A DNA stretch of 64,000 nucleotides from an uncultured Gemmatimonadaceae bacterium (GCA_963843845.1 CAWJMB010000002.1:1344001-1408000); one strand, 5' to 3'; counted from the first letter of the stretch, positions 25,590 to 37,171 are shown. Numbers and translations are program-made. The notes: generated by a model from the letters alone, not told the origin.

Positions 25590-28500
25590 ATGACGCGTGG
25601 AACGCGTGGGGCACAGTGGGTGCTCGCAGCGGCGGTGACCGCGACGAGTGCGGTCACGGCCGGAGCACAGCAGCAGACCGGCGTGGTACAGGGCCGGATC
25701 ACCGATCGGGTCAGTGGGCAGCCGCTCGTGGCGGCGCAGGTGCAGATCGTGGGAACGACCCGCGGAGCGCAGACGACCGAGGACGGTCGCTTCCGCATCG
25801 CGGGCGTGCCCGCGGGGACCGTGCAGCTCCGGGTGCTGCGCATCGGCTATCGGGCGTCGACGCAGTCGGTGACGGTGAGTGCGGGCAGCACGGCGACGGC
25901 GGACTATGCGCTGGACGTCTCCGCCGTGAGCCTGGACCAGGTCGTCGTCTCGGCGACTGGCGCGACCGAGCGCAAGCGCGAGAACGGCAGCGACGTCGGT
26001 GTGATCAAGCCGGGCGAGAAGGTGTCGATCGCGGCGACGCCGACGCTCACGAACGTGCTCGCCGGAAAGACGGCTGGCCTCACGATCACACAGCAGGCCG
26101 GCACGCCGGGCACCGGGTCGCGCATCCGGATCCGCGGGTCGAACTCCGTGTCGCTCTCCAACGAGCCGCTGCTCATCATCGACGGCGTGCGTGTGAATAA
26201 CGACGTCGCCGCGTCGTCGCTCGGCGTCGGCGGCGCGCAGACGAACCGTTTCGACGACATCAATCCCGAAGACATCGAGTCGATCGAGGTCCTGAAGGGG
26301 CCCGCGGCGTCGGCGCTCTACGGTACCGCGGCGGCGAACGGCGTCATCCAGATCGTGACGAAGACGGGGCGAAACGGCAAGACGGCGTACCGCGCGTACG
26401 CGCAGGGCGGCATTCTCGAAGACCCGACGACCTATCCGACCAACTACTTCACGTCCGGGTTCAGCGGGGCGTCGGGGACGGCGGCGTTCGCCGGCAACTG
26501 CGTGCTCGACTCGCAGCTCCGCGGGCTGTGCCGGCGTGATCAGGTCGTGTCGTTCAACCCGCTCGAGTTCTACGACGTGCAGAAGCGCGGAAGCATCGCC
26601 GACTTCGGCGCGAGCGTCGCCGGGGGCGGGGACGCGGCACAGTACTTCGTGAGCTTCGACGGCAACATCACGCAGGGCACGACGGCGCCGAGTCGCGTGC
26701 GCGGCAACAGCGGGCGCGCGAACATCAACGCGCGCCTGCGCCAGAACCTCACGACGCAGGTCACGACGAACTACATCGACCGAGCGATCGGCCTGCCGTA
26801 CAACGACAACAACATCTATGGCGTCGTGCCGAACGGAACGCTCGGCAAGGCAGGGAACTGCGTCGCGGGGAACACGTCGCCGGCATGCGTGAGCGGCACG
26901 AACCGGGACACCCTCAGCGCCGGCTTCTACTCGCGCCAGCCGAGCACGTTCTACTTCGTCCAGAACCAGCAGCGTGTGCGCCGCTTCGTCGCCGGCAACA
27001 CGACGACGTGGCAGGCCACCTCCTGGCTCACCGGCGTCGCGCAGCTCGGCCTCGACTCGGATGCGTCGGCGGACGAGTATCTCAATCCGGCGAACATCGT
27101 CACGGACATCAACGCCGGGCTCGCCGAGGGAGCGCGGACGCGCCGCTCGTACGCGAATCAGAACTACACGATCAACACCAGCCTCACGGCGTCGCGGAGC
27201 CTGTTCGAGAACTGGCAGAGCCAGACGTCGATCGGCGGGCAGTTCATCGATGAGCGCCGAAGCTACACACAGGGCACCGGCCGTCAGCTGGTTCCGGGCA
27301 CGGGCTCGCTCGCCACGGTGGGCGCGGGCAAGGACGTCGCGGAGCTGAACCAGCAGATCAAGACGATCGGCGGATACGCCCGCGAGCAGCTCGCGTACCG
27401 CGACCGGATCTTCGTCACGGGTTCTCTCCGCGCCGACGAGAACAGCGCGTTCGGTAAGAACTTCGAGCTCGCGTACTATCCGGCGGCCAGCGTGTCGTGG
27501 GTGATCTCGGAGGAGCCGTTCTTCCGCAACGTCCCGCTGCTCGGCAGCGGCGCGCTCGACCAGGTGCGTCTCCGCTCCTCCTACGGCCGTTCGGGGCAGC
27601 GCCCGGGCTTCCGCCAGTCCGACACGTACCTCAGCGCGGTCTCGGTGGCGGGGAGCGGCGGGCAGGAGCTCACCGCGGTCGTGATCGGCGGCACGGGCAA
27701 CGTGTCGCTCAAGCCCGAGATCTCGGACGAGGTCGAGGTCGGTGCGGATGCGAGCTTTCTCAAGAACCGACTCGGCGTGACGTACACGTACTTCACGAAG
27801 TCGACGCGCGACGCGCTGATCGCGCAGACGCTCGCGCCGTCGCTCGGCGCCACGAACACGCGGTTCCAGAACCTCGGCCGGGTGAACAACTCGGGGCACG
27901 AGCTGCAGCTGAATACGGTCCCCGTCGATCTCCGCAACCTGCGGTTCACGCTCGACTTCACGGGGTCGACGCTGCGCAACGACCTGAAGCAGCTCGGCGG
28001 CGTTCCGCCGATCATCTTCAACGGCGCCCGCCAGCGGCACCAGGAAGGGTACCCGCTCGGCGGGTTCTTCCAGCGCCAGTACACGTACGCCGACAAGAAC
28101 GGCGACGGGCTCATCTCGCGCGTCGGCTGCACGTCGGCCGTCGGCGGCACCAACGATGCCGCGTGCGAGGTGATCCTCGGCGACACGGCGACGGCGGCGC
28201 AGTATCTCGGGCCTGTGCTCCCGACGCGCGAGCTGTCGGTGACGCCGACGCTGACGCTGTTCAAGAACCTGCGCTTCGGGGCGCTCGTGCAGTACCGCGG
28301 CGGCAACCGGATCTTCAATCAGACCGAAGAGTTCCGCTGCACGTCATCGGCGATCCGCAACTGCCGGGGCATCAACGATCCGAACGCGCCGCTCGACCAG
28401 CAGGCGGCCGCGATCGCGTTCGCGCTCGGCGGCACGAGCGCGGGATACATCCAGAAGGGAGACTTCACGCGCCTGCGCGAGGTCTCGGCGACGTTCAGCC

Positions 28501-28700
28501 TCCCGCGCCGCTTCACGTCGCTCGGCGGCATCGACGTCGCGAACGTGACGCTCGCCGGCCGCAACCTGGCGACGTGGACGAAGTACCGTGGGCTCGATCC
28601 AGAGATCAACCAGGCCGCGGCGAACGGATTCTCGCAGGCCGAGTTCCTCACGCAGCCGCTGCTCCGGCAGTTCTCGCTGCGCCTCGACCTGACGTTCTAA
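25590..28700 (+). CDS. SusC/RagA-family TonB-dependent transporter (copy 1)
   Basis: GGAGG RBS, signal peptide, carboxypeptidase-regulatory-like N-domain, plug PLLIIDG...DINPEDIESIEVLKGPAASALYG..AANGVI, C-terminal Phe. Confidence 0.95.
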   Translation: MTRGTRGAQWVLAAAVTATSAVTAGAQQQTGVVQGRITDRVSGQPLVAAQVQIVGTTRGAQTTEDGRFRIAGVPAGTVQLRVLRIGYRASTQSVTVSAGSTATADYALDVSAVSLDQVVVSATGATERKRENGSDVGVIKPGEKVSIAATPTLTNVLAGKTAGLTITQQAGTPGTGSRIRIRGSNSVSLSNEPLLIIDGVRVNNDVAASSLGVGGAQTNRFDDINPEDIESIEVLKGPAASALYGTAAANGVIQIVTKTGRNGKTAYRAYAQGGILEDPTTYPTNYFTSGFSGASGTAAFAGNCVLDSQLRGLCRRDQVVSFNPLEFYDVQKRGSIADFGASVAGGGDAAQYFVSFDGNITQGTTAPSRVRGNSGRANINARLRQNLTTQVTTNYIDRAIGLPYNDNNIYGVVPNGTLGKAGNCVAGNTSPACVSGTNRDTLSAGFYSRQPSTFYFVQNQQRVRRFVAGNTTTWQATSWLTGVAQLGLDSDASADEYLNPANIVTDINAGLAEGARTRRSYANQNYTINTSLTASRSLFENWQSQTSIGGQFIDERRSYTQGTGRQLVPGTGSLATVGAGKDVAELNQQIKTIGGYAREQLAYRDRIFVTGSLRADENSAFGKNFELAYYPAASVSWVISEEPFFRNVPLLGSGALDQVRLRSSYGRSGQRPGFRQSDTYLSAVSVAGSGGQELTAVVIGGTGNVSLKPEISDEVEVGADASFLKNRLGVTYTYFTKSTRDALIAQTLAPSLGATNTRFQNLGRVNNSGHELQLNTVPVDLRNLRFTLDFTGSTLRNDLKQLGGVPPIIFNGARQRHQEGYPLGGFFQRQYTYADKNGDGLISRVGCTSAVGGTNDAACEVILGDTATAAQYLGPVLPTRELSVTPTLTLFKNLRFGALVQYRGGNRIFNQTEEFRCTSSAIRNCRGINDPNAPLDQQAAAIAFALGGTSAGYIQKGDFTRLREVSATFSLPRRFTSLGGIDVANVTLAGRNLATWTKYRGLDPEINQAAANGFSQAEFLTQPLLRQFSLRLDLTF

Positions 28701-28729
28701 GCCGACTCGTACCGCGGAGACTCCTTCTC

Positions 28730-30151
28730 ATGAAGCCTTTGACTCACTCGTTCCGCCGCGGCGCCGTGCGCGCGGCGTCTGCCGGGACGCTGGCGCTCGC
28801 GGGCGCCAGCCTCGCGGCCTGCAATCTCGACGAGACGATCTCGGTGCCGGACGTCGACGTCGCGACGCCCGAGGCGGTGGCGAACCGTGCCGGGCTCCCC
28901 GTGATCTACGCGGGCGGCCGCGCCGACTTCTCGCTCGCGTTCGGCGGCACCGACCACGCGGTCACGATGCCTGGTCTGCTCGCCGATGAACTGCGCGACA
29001 TCGATACGTTCCCGACGCGCATCGAGGTCGACCAGCGCAACATCACCCCGTCCAACGGGCTGTTCACGACGAACGGAACGATCAGCACGTGGTACCGCGA
29101 CATGCAGCGCGCCCGGGCGTCGATCTCGCGAGCCACGGAGGCGTTCGCGCAGTACGATCCGACGAACGTGCAGCGCGGGGAGCTCCACGCGCTGAGCGCC
29201 GAGCTGTACAACTTCTTCGGCGAGGACTTCTGTAACGGGATCGCGTTCAGCACGCTCGCCGCAGACGGGAGCACGACGTTCGGTACGCCCCAGACGGTCT
29301 CCCAGGTGTTCGACCGGGCGATCGCTCAGGCCGATTCGGCGCTCGCGATCGCTCGCGCCGGAACGAGCGAAGCGTATCTCGCGCAGGTCGCGAAAGGGCG
29401 CGCGCTGCTGAACCAGGGGAAGGCCGCCGAGGCGGCGGCCGCGGTGGCCGGCGTACCGGTGACGTTTCAGTATCAGGTGTTCTTCTCGGAGAACAGCACG
29501 CGCGAGAACAACGGCATCTTCGTGAACACGAGCGCCGTGTCCAAGCGTTTCGCAGTGGCCGACCGGGACGGCGGCAACGGGCTGCCGTTCCGCACGCTGG
29601 GCTGGAACCAGGCGACCGGGAACGGCGACATCCGCGTGCGCTGGGTCCAGTCGGGGATCGGACAGGACGGTACGTCGCCGGCCTACTACACGCTGAAGTA
29701 CCCGAGCCGCTCGGCGCCCGTCACGCTCGCCGACGGGATCGAAGCCCAGCTCATCATCGCCGAGAACCAGCTCCGGCTCGGGAATACGACGGCGTACCTG
29801 CAGACGCTGAACGACCTGCGAGCGAACATGACGATCCTCGGTCGTGTCCCCATCACGCAGGCGGGGCAGACGGCAACGGCGCTCGCGCCGCTCGCCGACC
29901 CCGGCACGGCTGCCGGTCGCGTGGACCAGCTGTTCCAGGAGCGCGCGTTCTGGATGTACCTCACCGGACACCGCCTCGGCGACCTGCGGCGGCTCGTCCG
30001 CCAGTACGGTCGCGGCACCGAGTCGGTGTTTCCCACGGGGACGTACACCGGCGCGGCCGGCGGCACGTTCGGTCGTGACGTGAACTTCCCGGTGCCGGTC
30101 GACGAGCAGAACAACGCGTCGGCGCCGGCGTGCACGGATCGCAACGCGTGA
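28730..30151 (+). CDS. RagB/SusD-family lipoprotein (copy 1)
   Basis: Lipobox LAAC; ERAFWMYLTGHRLGDLRR and FPVP..E C-terminal motifs. Confidence 0.9.
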   Translation: MKPLTHSFRRGAVRAASAGTLALAGASLAACNLDETISVPDVDVATPEAVANRAGLPVIYAGGRADFSLAFGGTDHAVTMPGLLADELRDIDTFPTRIEVDQRNITPSNGLFTTNGTISTWYRDMQRARASISRATEAFAQYDPTNVQRGELHALSAELYNFFGEDFCNGIAFSTLAADGSTTFGTPQTVSQVFDRAIAQADSALAIARAGTSEAYLAQVAKGRALLNQGKAAEAAAAVAGVPVTFQYQVFFSENSTRENNGIFVNTSAVSKRFAVADRDGGNGLPFRTLGWNQATGNGDIRVRWVQSGIGQDGTSPAYYTLKYPSRSAPVTLADGIEAQLIIAENQLRLGNTTAYLQTLNDLRANMTILGRVPITQAGQTATALAPLADPGTAAGRVDQLFQERAFWMYLTGHRLGDLRRLVRQYGRGTESVFPTGTYTGAAGGTFGRDVNFPVPVDEQNNASAPACTDRNA

Positions 30152-30177
30152 GCTGACGCTGATGCAGTAAGTCGTAG

Positions 30178-30216
30178 AGCGGGGGCTGGCATTGCGATGC
30201 CAGCCCCCGCTTCGTT
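30178..30216 (+). terminator. Terminator hairpin after SusD1
   Basis: agcgggggctggcat-tgcg-atgccagcccccgct. Confidence 0.7.
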
Positions 30217-30274
30217 CGGTGCTCATCGCGACACGTCCGGTGCCGCCGCACGATCGTTGCATCGTGCCGCGGCG

Positions 30275-31015
30275 ATGCCGACATCAATTCCACGCTACAC
30301 TCGCCGCGTGCGGCCGACAGCCCGGCTCGTCTCGCCGCCCGTCGTCGGGCTCGCGATGGGACTCGCGCTCACCGCGAGCGCTCAGGCGCTTCGCGCGCAA
30401 GCGCCGGGGCTCGCCGTGATGCAGGGAGCATTTCCCGGAACCGGATTCGCGGCCGCGGTGAATGGCGGGCGAGCCGACGGACAGACGGCGATCCTGGCGG
30501 CCGTTGGCTTCGGCGCGCGCTCCGGCGGGCTGCACCTCGACCTCGGCGCCGGCGCGCTCGGTGGGTCGCGCGCAGGCTACCGCGGCACGCGCGCGACGTA
30601 CGGTGGGCGGCTCGCCGTCCGGGTGGCGCAGCTATTCGATGCGCGGGTGGCGATCACTCCGTTCGCAGGCTTCGGCTCGACGCGCGGCACGGTCGAGCGC
30701 ACCAACAGGACGGTGCAGACAGACCAGACGCCGATCGGCGCGGCGATCGGCGGTCGCCTCGCGCTCGGATCGGCAGGTCGCGCCGTGGCGCTGTCGGCGG
30801 CGCCGTTCTATGGGCTCTACCGCCAGAGTGGCGACAGCCTGGAGACGAAGACGACGGGCCGCGTTCGCGCGACGCTGAGCGCCGAGGTGGCCGCGACACC
30901 GCACGTCGGCGTGTCGCTCAGCGTGGAAGCGGGGCAGAACGCGGGCGCGACCGGCATCGGTCCGAGCGGGACGCTCGTGTCTGCTGGCGTGTCGTTCGCT
31001 TTCGGCCGGCGCTGA
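30275..31015 (+). CDS. Exported hypothetical protein, probable small outer-membrane beta-barrel
   Basis: Signal peptide (SAQA); Gly/aromatic beta strands ending AGVSFAF; start uncertain. Confidence 0.55.
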   Translation: MPTSIPRYTRRVRPTARLVSPPVVGLAMGLALTASAQALRAQAPGLAVMQGAFPGTGFAAAVNGGRADGQTAILAAVGFGARSGGLHLDLGAGALGGSRAGYRGTRATYGGRLAVRVAQLFDARVAITPFAGFGSTRGTVERTNRTVQTDQTPIGAAIGGRLALGSAGRAVALSAAPFYGLYRQSGDSLETKTTGRVRATLSAEVAATPHVGVSLSVEAGQNAGATGIGPSGTLVSAGVSFAFGRR

Positions 31016-31564
31016 TCGGAGCGGATCCCGGTGCTGGAGCGCTTCGTTCCGGCGCTCCGTGAGGAACCGCGACGGCTCGGTGACGAACCGCCACGAGCCG
31101 AGGTCTCATCGAGTTGTCGCGCTGACGGATGGGAACGACCGCGGCGGGCGTGCCATACCTTGCGCACGTCCGGATCGGACCCTAATCTGACCGCGCTACG
31201 TCCCTAGGCCACGCGAGTGACCTCGCCGTGCTGTTCGCACGTGCGCGACACCCCACCTGGCTCCTGCCCTGACGCTGTCCTCCCGGACGATTCGTGGTGT
31301 GCTGATTCGACACCACGAATCGGAGAAACGTTTGCTCGCCGTCCGGCTGCCGCTCCATCGCCTCTTACGCAATCGGCCTCGGCGTCGTTTCACCCTTCCC
31401 ATCCGTAGCCGCGGTTCCATGCGATGAGCGTGGCGCGACCTCACACATTCGCTGTGTTCCATCGGCCACTCGGGCTCGCTCGCCGGAGCGGGATCCGCGT
31501 GTTCGCTGCTGTACTGCACGACGGTCGGTCGGTTGTACGCCCATTCACCACTCGAGGAAGCGAC

Positions 31565-34500
31565 ATGAGGTCAATTCGTTCTCAGACGATGACGCTCGCG
31601 GCGGTGCTGTTGCTCGGACCAGGGATCGCGGTCTCTGCTCAGGCACAGTCTGTCATCACCGGACGCGTGACGTCCGAGCAAGGCGTCACTCTGCAAGGCG
31701 CGAACGTCTTCATCACCGAGCTCCAGATCTCGGTGGGAACGAATGCGAACGGCGTGTACACGATCACCGTGCCGCAGGCGCGCGTGAGTGGCCAGACGGT
31801 CCAGCTTCGTGCACGGTCGGTCGGCTTCGTGCCGACGGCGCGGCCGATCACTCTGTCGACCGGCTCGCAGACGGTGAACTTCGAGCTCAAGAACGACGTG
31901 CTCCGCCTGTCGGAGATCGTCGTGACGGGCGTGACGGAAGGGACGGAGCGCGCGAAGGTGCCGTTCGCGATCGGCCGCGTGACCGAGAAGGACCTTCCGG
32001 TGCCGGCGCTGGACCCGATCCGCGCGCTCGCCGGGAAGGTAGCCGGGCTGCGGATCGCGCAGACGAGCGGACGTCCGGGCTCGACGCCGGAGATCATGCT
32101 CCGCGGTCCGACGTCGATCAACGCGGCCGGCCGCGGCCAGGGCCCGCTCATCATCGTGGACGGCGCGATCCTCAACAACGGGTCGCTGCAGGAGATCGGC
32201 GGCCTCGACATCGAGTCGGTCGAGGTCGTGAAGGGCGCCGCCGGCGCCTCGCTCTATGGCACGCGCGCCGCCGCCGGCGTCATCACGATCACGACGAAGC
32301 GCGGGAACAATGCGAGCGACGGCGTCAAGTTCGACGTCCGCAGCGAGGACGGCATCAGCGACCTGAACTCGATTCGCTACGGCATGCCGCTCAACCACCA
32401 GTTGCAGCTCGATGAGACGGGGACGCGGTTCTGCGTTGCCGGTACGTCGAACATCGCCGCGTGCTCGCGCACCGTCGAGTGGGGAAAGGAGATCGCGCGC
32501 ATCAACAACGTCGCGGCGGACACGACGCGCACTCCGCAGGCGCTCCAGGGAAACAACGTCGCGGTCGGCGACGGCACGCTGCAAAACCTGTACCAGGCGG
32601 CGATCTGGCCGGGGCAGTACTACAATCCGCTCGCGCAGGTGCTGCAGCGGAACCTCGTGACGCTGAACTCGTTGAACGCGACCGGTAAGGTCGCCGGTGT
32701 CCGGTTCTACGCGAGCGGGCAGTATCAGGACGATCAGGGTGCCATTCGCGGTCTCAATGGCAACCAGCAGCGGCGCGCGCGCGTCAACCTCGACTACGAT
32801 CCGCGCAAGGACCTCACGGTCTCGCTCAGCTCCCTGTACAACCGGGGCACGAACGACACCCGCTCGGGCGGCTCGTCGAATGGCGGCATCTTGGGGCAGG
32901 TGCTCCGCGGGGTCGCGATCGGCACCGATTTCGCTGCCCGTGACACGCTCGGGCGCTACTACGTCCGTAGCGGCGGCGCCTTCCTGCGCAGCCCGACGGG
33001 CAACGGCGGCGGCACCATTCTCTACGACTCCGAGAATCTGTCCAGCACGACCGAGTCGGACCGCTTCCTCGGCAGCATCACGACGCGCTACAACCCGCTG
33101 ACGTGGTTCGGCCTCGAAGGGACGTTCGCCTACGACGACCGGAGCTCGGAGAACAAGAACTATCTCGTGAAGGGGTACCGAACGTTCGCCATCTCGACGA
33201 GCTCGAACAACGGGCAGGTGAACTTCTCGAACAATCGCGAGACGTCGATGAACGGCAGCATGCAGGCGACGTTTCGCAAGCAGCTGCTGAGTGACCTGAG
33301 CAGCAAGCTCACCTTCCGCGGCCAGTTCGACGATTACGAAGGGTTCTCGAACGGCAGCGGCGCCGAGGTGCTCACGGTCGCGAACATCTACACCACGTCG
33401 AACAGCACGCAGAACCGCTACGCGACCTCGAGCTCGTCGCAGATCAAGAACGTCGGCTACGTCGGGGCGTTGAACCTCGACTACAAGGATCGGTACACGC
33501 TCGAAGGGTACCTGCGACGGGACGGCAGCTCGCTGTTCGGGCAGCAGCAATCGCTACGCGACGTATGGCCGCGTCTCGGGCGTCTGGCAGTTCTCGAAAG
33601 AGCCGTTCTACAACGTCGGCTTCATCGACGACGCGCGTCTCCGCGCGTCGTACGGCACGGCCGGCAACCCGCCGCGCTTCTCGGCGCAGTACGAGGTCTA
33701 CAACATCAGCTCGGCGGGCGTCATCTCGCTCGGGCAGGCCGGCAACTCGCTCCTCAAGCCCGAGGTGACGGCGGAGGCCGAGGTCGGTCTCGACTTCACG
33801 CTGTTCAATCGCCTCGGCGTCGAGCTCACGCACGCGCGCGGCGAGACGAAGAATCAGATCCTTCCGGTCACGACGCCGGCGTCGCTCGGCTTCACGACCC
33901 AGTGGCAGAACGCCGGGACGCTGCAGAACCGTACGTTCGAGGTCGCGCTGAACCTGCCGATCGTGCAGAAGCAGGACTTGAGCTGGAGCGTGCGCGGGAC
34001 GTGGGACCGCACGCGCACTTACATCACCGAACTGTTCACGCCGGAGTTCTTCAACGACGCAGGCACCGGCCAGGGCACGGGCACGGCGTTCCTCTACACG
34101 GCGCGCACCGACAAGAACAACGGCTTCCAGGTCAACCGCCTCGGCAACATCTGGGGCCGCAAGTTCTACAGGACGTGCGGTGATCTGCCGGCGTCGGTGC
34201 AGTCGCAGTGCGGCGAGGGGCAGGCGTTCCAGCGGAACGACAACGGCTATGTCGTGTGGGTCGGAGAGGGGAACTCGTGGCGCGACGGCATCACGAAGAA
34301 TCTGTGGCAGACGAATCTCTCCGGCGTGAACTCGCCGTGGGGGAACAACGTGCCGCTCTACTTCGGGCATCCGATCGTCGACCGCCCGCTGCGCGGCCAG
34401 CCGAACCAGGGCATCGGCATCAACCAGATCATCGGCAACACGCTGCCTGACTTCCGCTCGCAGCTGTCGAGCAACTTCAGCTACAAGCGTGTCACGCTCT

Positions 34501-34964
34501 ACGGGCTGTTCGACGGCACGTTCGGCCACGACATCATCAATCAGGGCGAGGGGTGGGGGCTGCTCGACTTCGGCTCGGGCTACTTCGACATGGGGAACCG
34601 CACGGTCGAGTCGGCGAAGCCGGTCGGCTACAGCTGGCGGTCGGGCCCGAGCGAGAGCACGGGCACGGGCGGGTTCTACGACACGCTGAACCCGAACAAC
34701 TACGTCACCGAAGACGGCTCGTACGTGAAGCTGCGCGAGGTGAGCCTCAGCTACCACGTCGGGCGAGTGCGCGGCGTCGGCGACTTCACGTTCAGTCTGA
34801 TCGGGCGCAATCTGCTGACGATCACGAACTACAGCGGCCTCGATCCCGAGGTCGGTGCGACGGGCGGCAACAATACGACCGGCTCTGGGCTCATCAATCA
34901 GACGGACGCGTTCGGGTTCCCCACGCTGCGTCAGTTCACGTTCGGCATCTCCACGCGCTTCTAG
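31565..34964 (+). CDS. SusC/RagA-family TonB-dependent transporter (copy 2), with one frameshift near 33540
   Basis: Plug DIESVEVVKGAAGASLYG; after RRDGSSLFG one extra G shifts the frame, and removing it restores NRYATYGR...RLRASYGTAGN...LLKPE through to the C-terminal Phe. Confidence 0.92.
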
Positions 34965-34979
34965 GAGCCGACTCCACAC

Positions 34980-36641
34980 ATGCGAAGCTTCATTCGGTAC
35001 GGCGCACTCGCCGCGAGCGTGCTCGCGGCGACCGCCTGCGAACTGCAGGTCGACAACCCCAACTCGCCGGAGACGGCGCGCGTCCTCGCGACGGCGAACG
35101 ACTTCGAAGGGTTCCTCGGCGGCTACTACCGGCGCTGGATGCAGGGGCCGTACAGCTCGCTCGCGAACACCTGGGGGATGATGCTGGTCCAGTCGTTCGA
35201 GAACTATTCCAGCCTCTCGAACAACTGCCTCGGCCAGCGCGTCGGCATCCCGCGCGCGGCGAACGACAACACGCTCGGCAACGGCTGCGCGCCGGAGCAG
35301 GCACGGATGTACACGTACAATGCCGAAGTGCTCCGGGTCGCATCGAGCTCGCTCGCGACGCTCTCGGCGAGCGGCTATTCGCTCGGCGCGACGGCGCGCG
35401 ACGCGCGGGCGACGGCGTTCGCCGAGTTCCTCCGCGGCCTCGCGCTCGGCTACATCGCGATGATCTACGACTCGTCGGCCATCGTCACGCAGGCCACGCC
35501 CGCCCAGGATCCTGGCGAGCTGAGTGGGTACCGCGCGGTCGCCGATTCGGCGCTCGCGGCATTCGAGCGGGCGCAGACGAGCGCGGCAGGGATGACGGCG
35601 GCGTTTCCGATCCCGGCCACGTGGATCTCGTCGGCGACGACGCTCAACGGTCCCGAGTTCATCAAGCTGATTCGCTCGTACAAGGCGCGCATCCGCGCGG
35701 GCATCGCGCGCACGCCGGCTGAACGGGCTGCGGTGAACTGGGATGCGGTGATCGCCGACGCGCAGAACGGCATCACGGCCGATCACCAGCTCATCACGAG
35801 CACGGTGAACGGGCCGTCGAACTCGTGGCTCGCGCAGCTCTACACGTACAGCACCTGGCATCAGATGACGCCGTTCGTCATCGGCATGGGCGACGTGTCC
35901 GGGTCGTACGCGTCCTGGATCGCGCAGCCGCTCGCCGAGCGTGGGTCTGGCGGTGCGTTCTTCATGGTGACGCCGGACCTGCGATTCCCGCAGGGGACGA
36001 CGCGCGCGGCGCAGCAGGCCGACTTCGCGATCACGTCGTGTCAGGCGGCGAATCAGGTGTGCAAGCGATACTTCGTGAACCGGCCGGCGGGGAACGACCC
36101 GGCCGGCGGCAATGCGTGGGGATTCTCGAACTACGACCACGCGCGCTTCTACTCCTGGTACCTCAGCGGCGACGGTTCGAACGGCGCGCGCAACGGTCCG
36201 CTCGTGTTCTTCACGAAGGCCGAACTGGACATGCTCCAGGCCGAGGGGCAGTATCGGAAGGGGAATTTCTCCGCTGCGGCGGCGCTCATCAACGTGACGC
36301 GGACACGGAACGGACTGCCGGCGATCACGGCGTTCGACGCCACGACGCCGGTGCCGGGTGGAACGGAATGCGTTCCGAAGGTGCCGGTCGGGCCGACGTT
36401 CACCACGATCGCCTGCGGCAACATGTTCGAGGCGCTGAAGTGGGAGAAGCGCATGGAGACGGCGTACACGCACTTCGGCGCGTGGTGGTTCGACTCGCGG
36501 GGGTGGGGTGACCTGCCGCAGGGAACGGGGCTCGAGTGGGCGACGCCGGTCTCCGACCTTCAGGTCCGCGGCAAGCCGATCTACAGCCTGGGCGGCGGCA
36601 CGAACCCGAGCTCGGCGCCCCGGGGCACGTACGGCTGGTAA
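34980..36641 (+). CDS. RagB/SusD-family lipoprotein (copy 2)
   Basis: Lipobox ATAC; ELDMLQAEG, INVTR, WEKRME, WFDSRGWG motifs. Confidence 0.88.
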   Translation: MRSFIRYGALAASVLAATACELQVDNPNSPETARVLATANDFEGFLGGYYRRWMQGPYSSLANTWGMMLVQSFENYSSLSNNCLGQRVGIPRAANDNTLGNGCAPEQARMYTYNAEVLRVASSSLATLSASGYSLGATARDARATAFAEFLRGLALGYIAMIYDSSAIVTQATPAQDPGELSGYRAVADSALAAFERAQTSAAGMTAAFPIPATWISSATTLNGPEFIKLIRSYKARIRAGIARTPAERAAVNWDAVIADAQNGITADHQLITSTVNGPSNSWLAQLYTYSTWHQMTPFVIGMGDVSGSYASWIAQPLAERGSGGAFFMVTPDLRFPQGTTRAAQQADFAITSCQAANQVCKRYFVNRPAGNDPAGGNAWGFSNYDHARFYSWYLSGDGSNGARNGPLVFFTKAELDMLQAEGQYRKGNFSAAAALINVTRTRNGLPAITAFDATTPVPGGTECVPKVPVGPTFTTIACGNMFEALKWEKRMETAYTHFGAWWFDSRGWGDLPQGTGLEWATPVSDLQVRGKPIYSLGGGTNPSSAPRGTYGW

Positions 36642-36647
36642 CGGACC

Positions 36648-37121
36648 GTGCGACGCACGCGCGCAGGCGCCGTCATGCTACTCGCCACCGCCTCGACAGG
36701 GTGTTACGCCCTGCAGCCGGTGGCGAGCGCCACGGCCGTCGCGGAGAACTCGGCGGTCGCGTTCGACATCACAGACGCAGGGCGTGTGGCGCTGACCGGG
36801 CCTGTCGGTCCGTCGGTGACACAGGTCCAGGGACGTCTGGTGCGGCGTTCGGCCGATGAGTACGTGGTGGCAGCGTCCGAGGTGCACTTCATCGGCGGCG
36901 GCACGCAGGTGTGGACCGGCGAGCCGATCGTTCTGCGGGCGGATCACATCGCTCGAGCGTACAGCCGACAGTTCTCGAAATCACGCACGCTCATCGCCAG
37001 CGCGCTCGGCGTCGGCGCCGCGGTAGTGATCGCGACGCAGGGTGTCATCGGCGGTGGCGATCCGCCGAGCCGCGTGGAGGTGCCCGACAGCGTGGCGTCG
37101 TCACGCGGTCGGCGCCCGTGA
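36648..37121 (+). CDS. Hypothetical lipoprotein with C-terminal hydrophobic segment
   Basis: STGC lipobox-like signal; tightly linked to SusD2. Confidence 0.6.
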   Translation: MRRTRAGAVMLLATASTGCYALQPVASATAVAENSAVAFDITDAGRVALTGPVGPSVTQVQGRLVRRSADEYVVAASEVHFIGGGTQVWTGEPIVLRADHIARAYSRQFSKSRTLIASALGVGAAVVIATQGVIGGGDPPSRVEVPDSVASSRGRRP

Positions 37122-37171
37122 GTCGCACAGTCCCCTCTCCTTCCCTTTGTAACTCTCCTTCCGTGTCACAT

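Noticed and set aside
27497..28729. N-terminal extension of SusD1 in the 884-aa ORF
   Set aside because: Out-of-frame overlap with SusC1; the RBS and lipoprotein signal begin at 28730.
33530..33550. Programmed frameshift or phase variation in SusC2
   Set aside because: Only a GGG run with no slippery heptamer or long SSR; a single-base sequencing insertion is simpler.
33444..36473. Long antisense ORFs (1009 aa here; also 25569-28040, 58129-60348 and 61000-63897)
   Set aside because: Arg/Ala-rich shadow or alternate-frame ORFs expected from high-GC codon bias over real genes.
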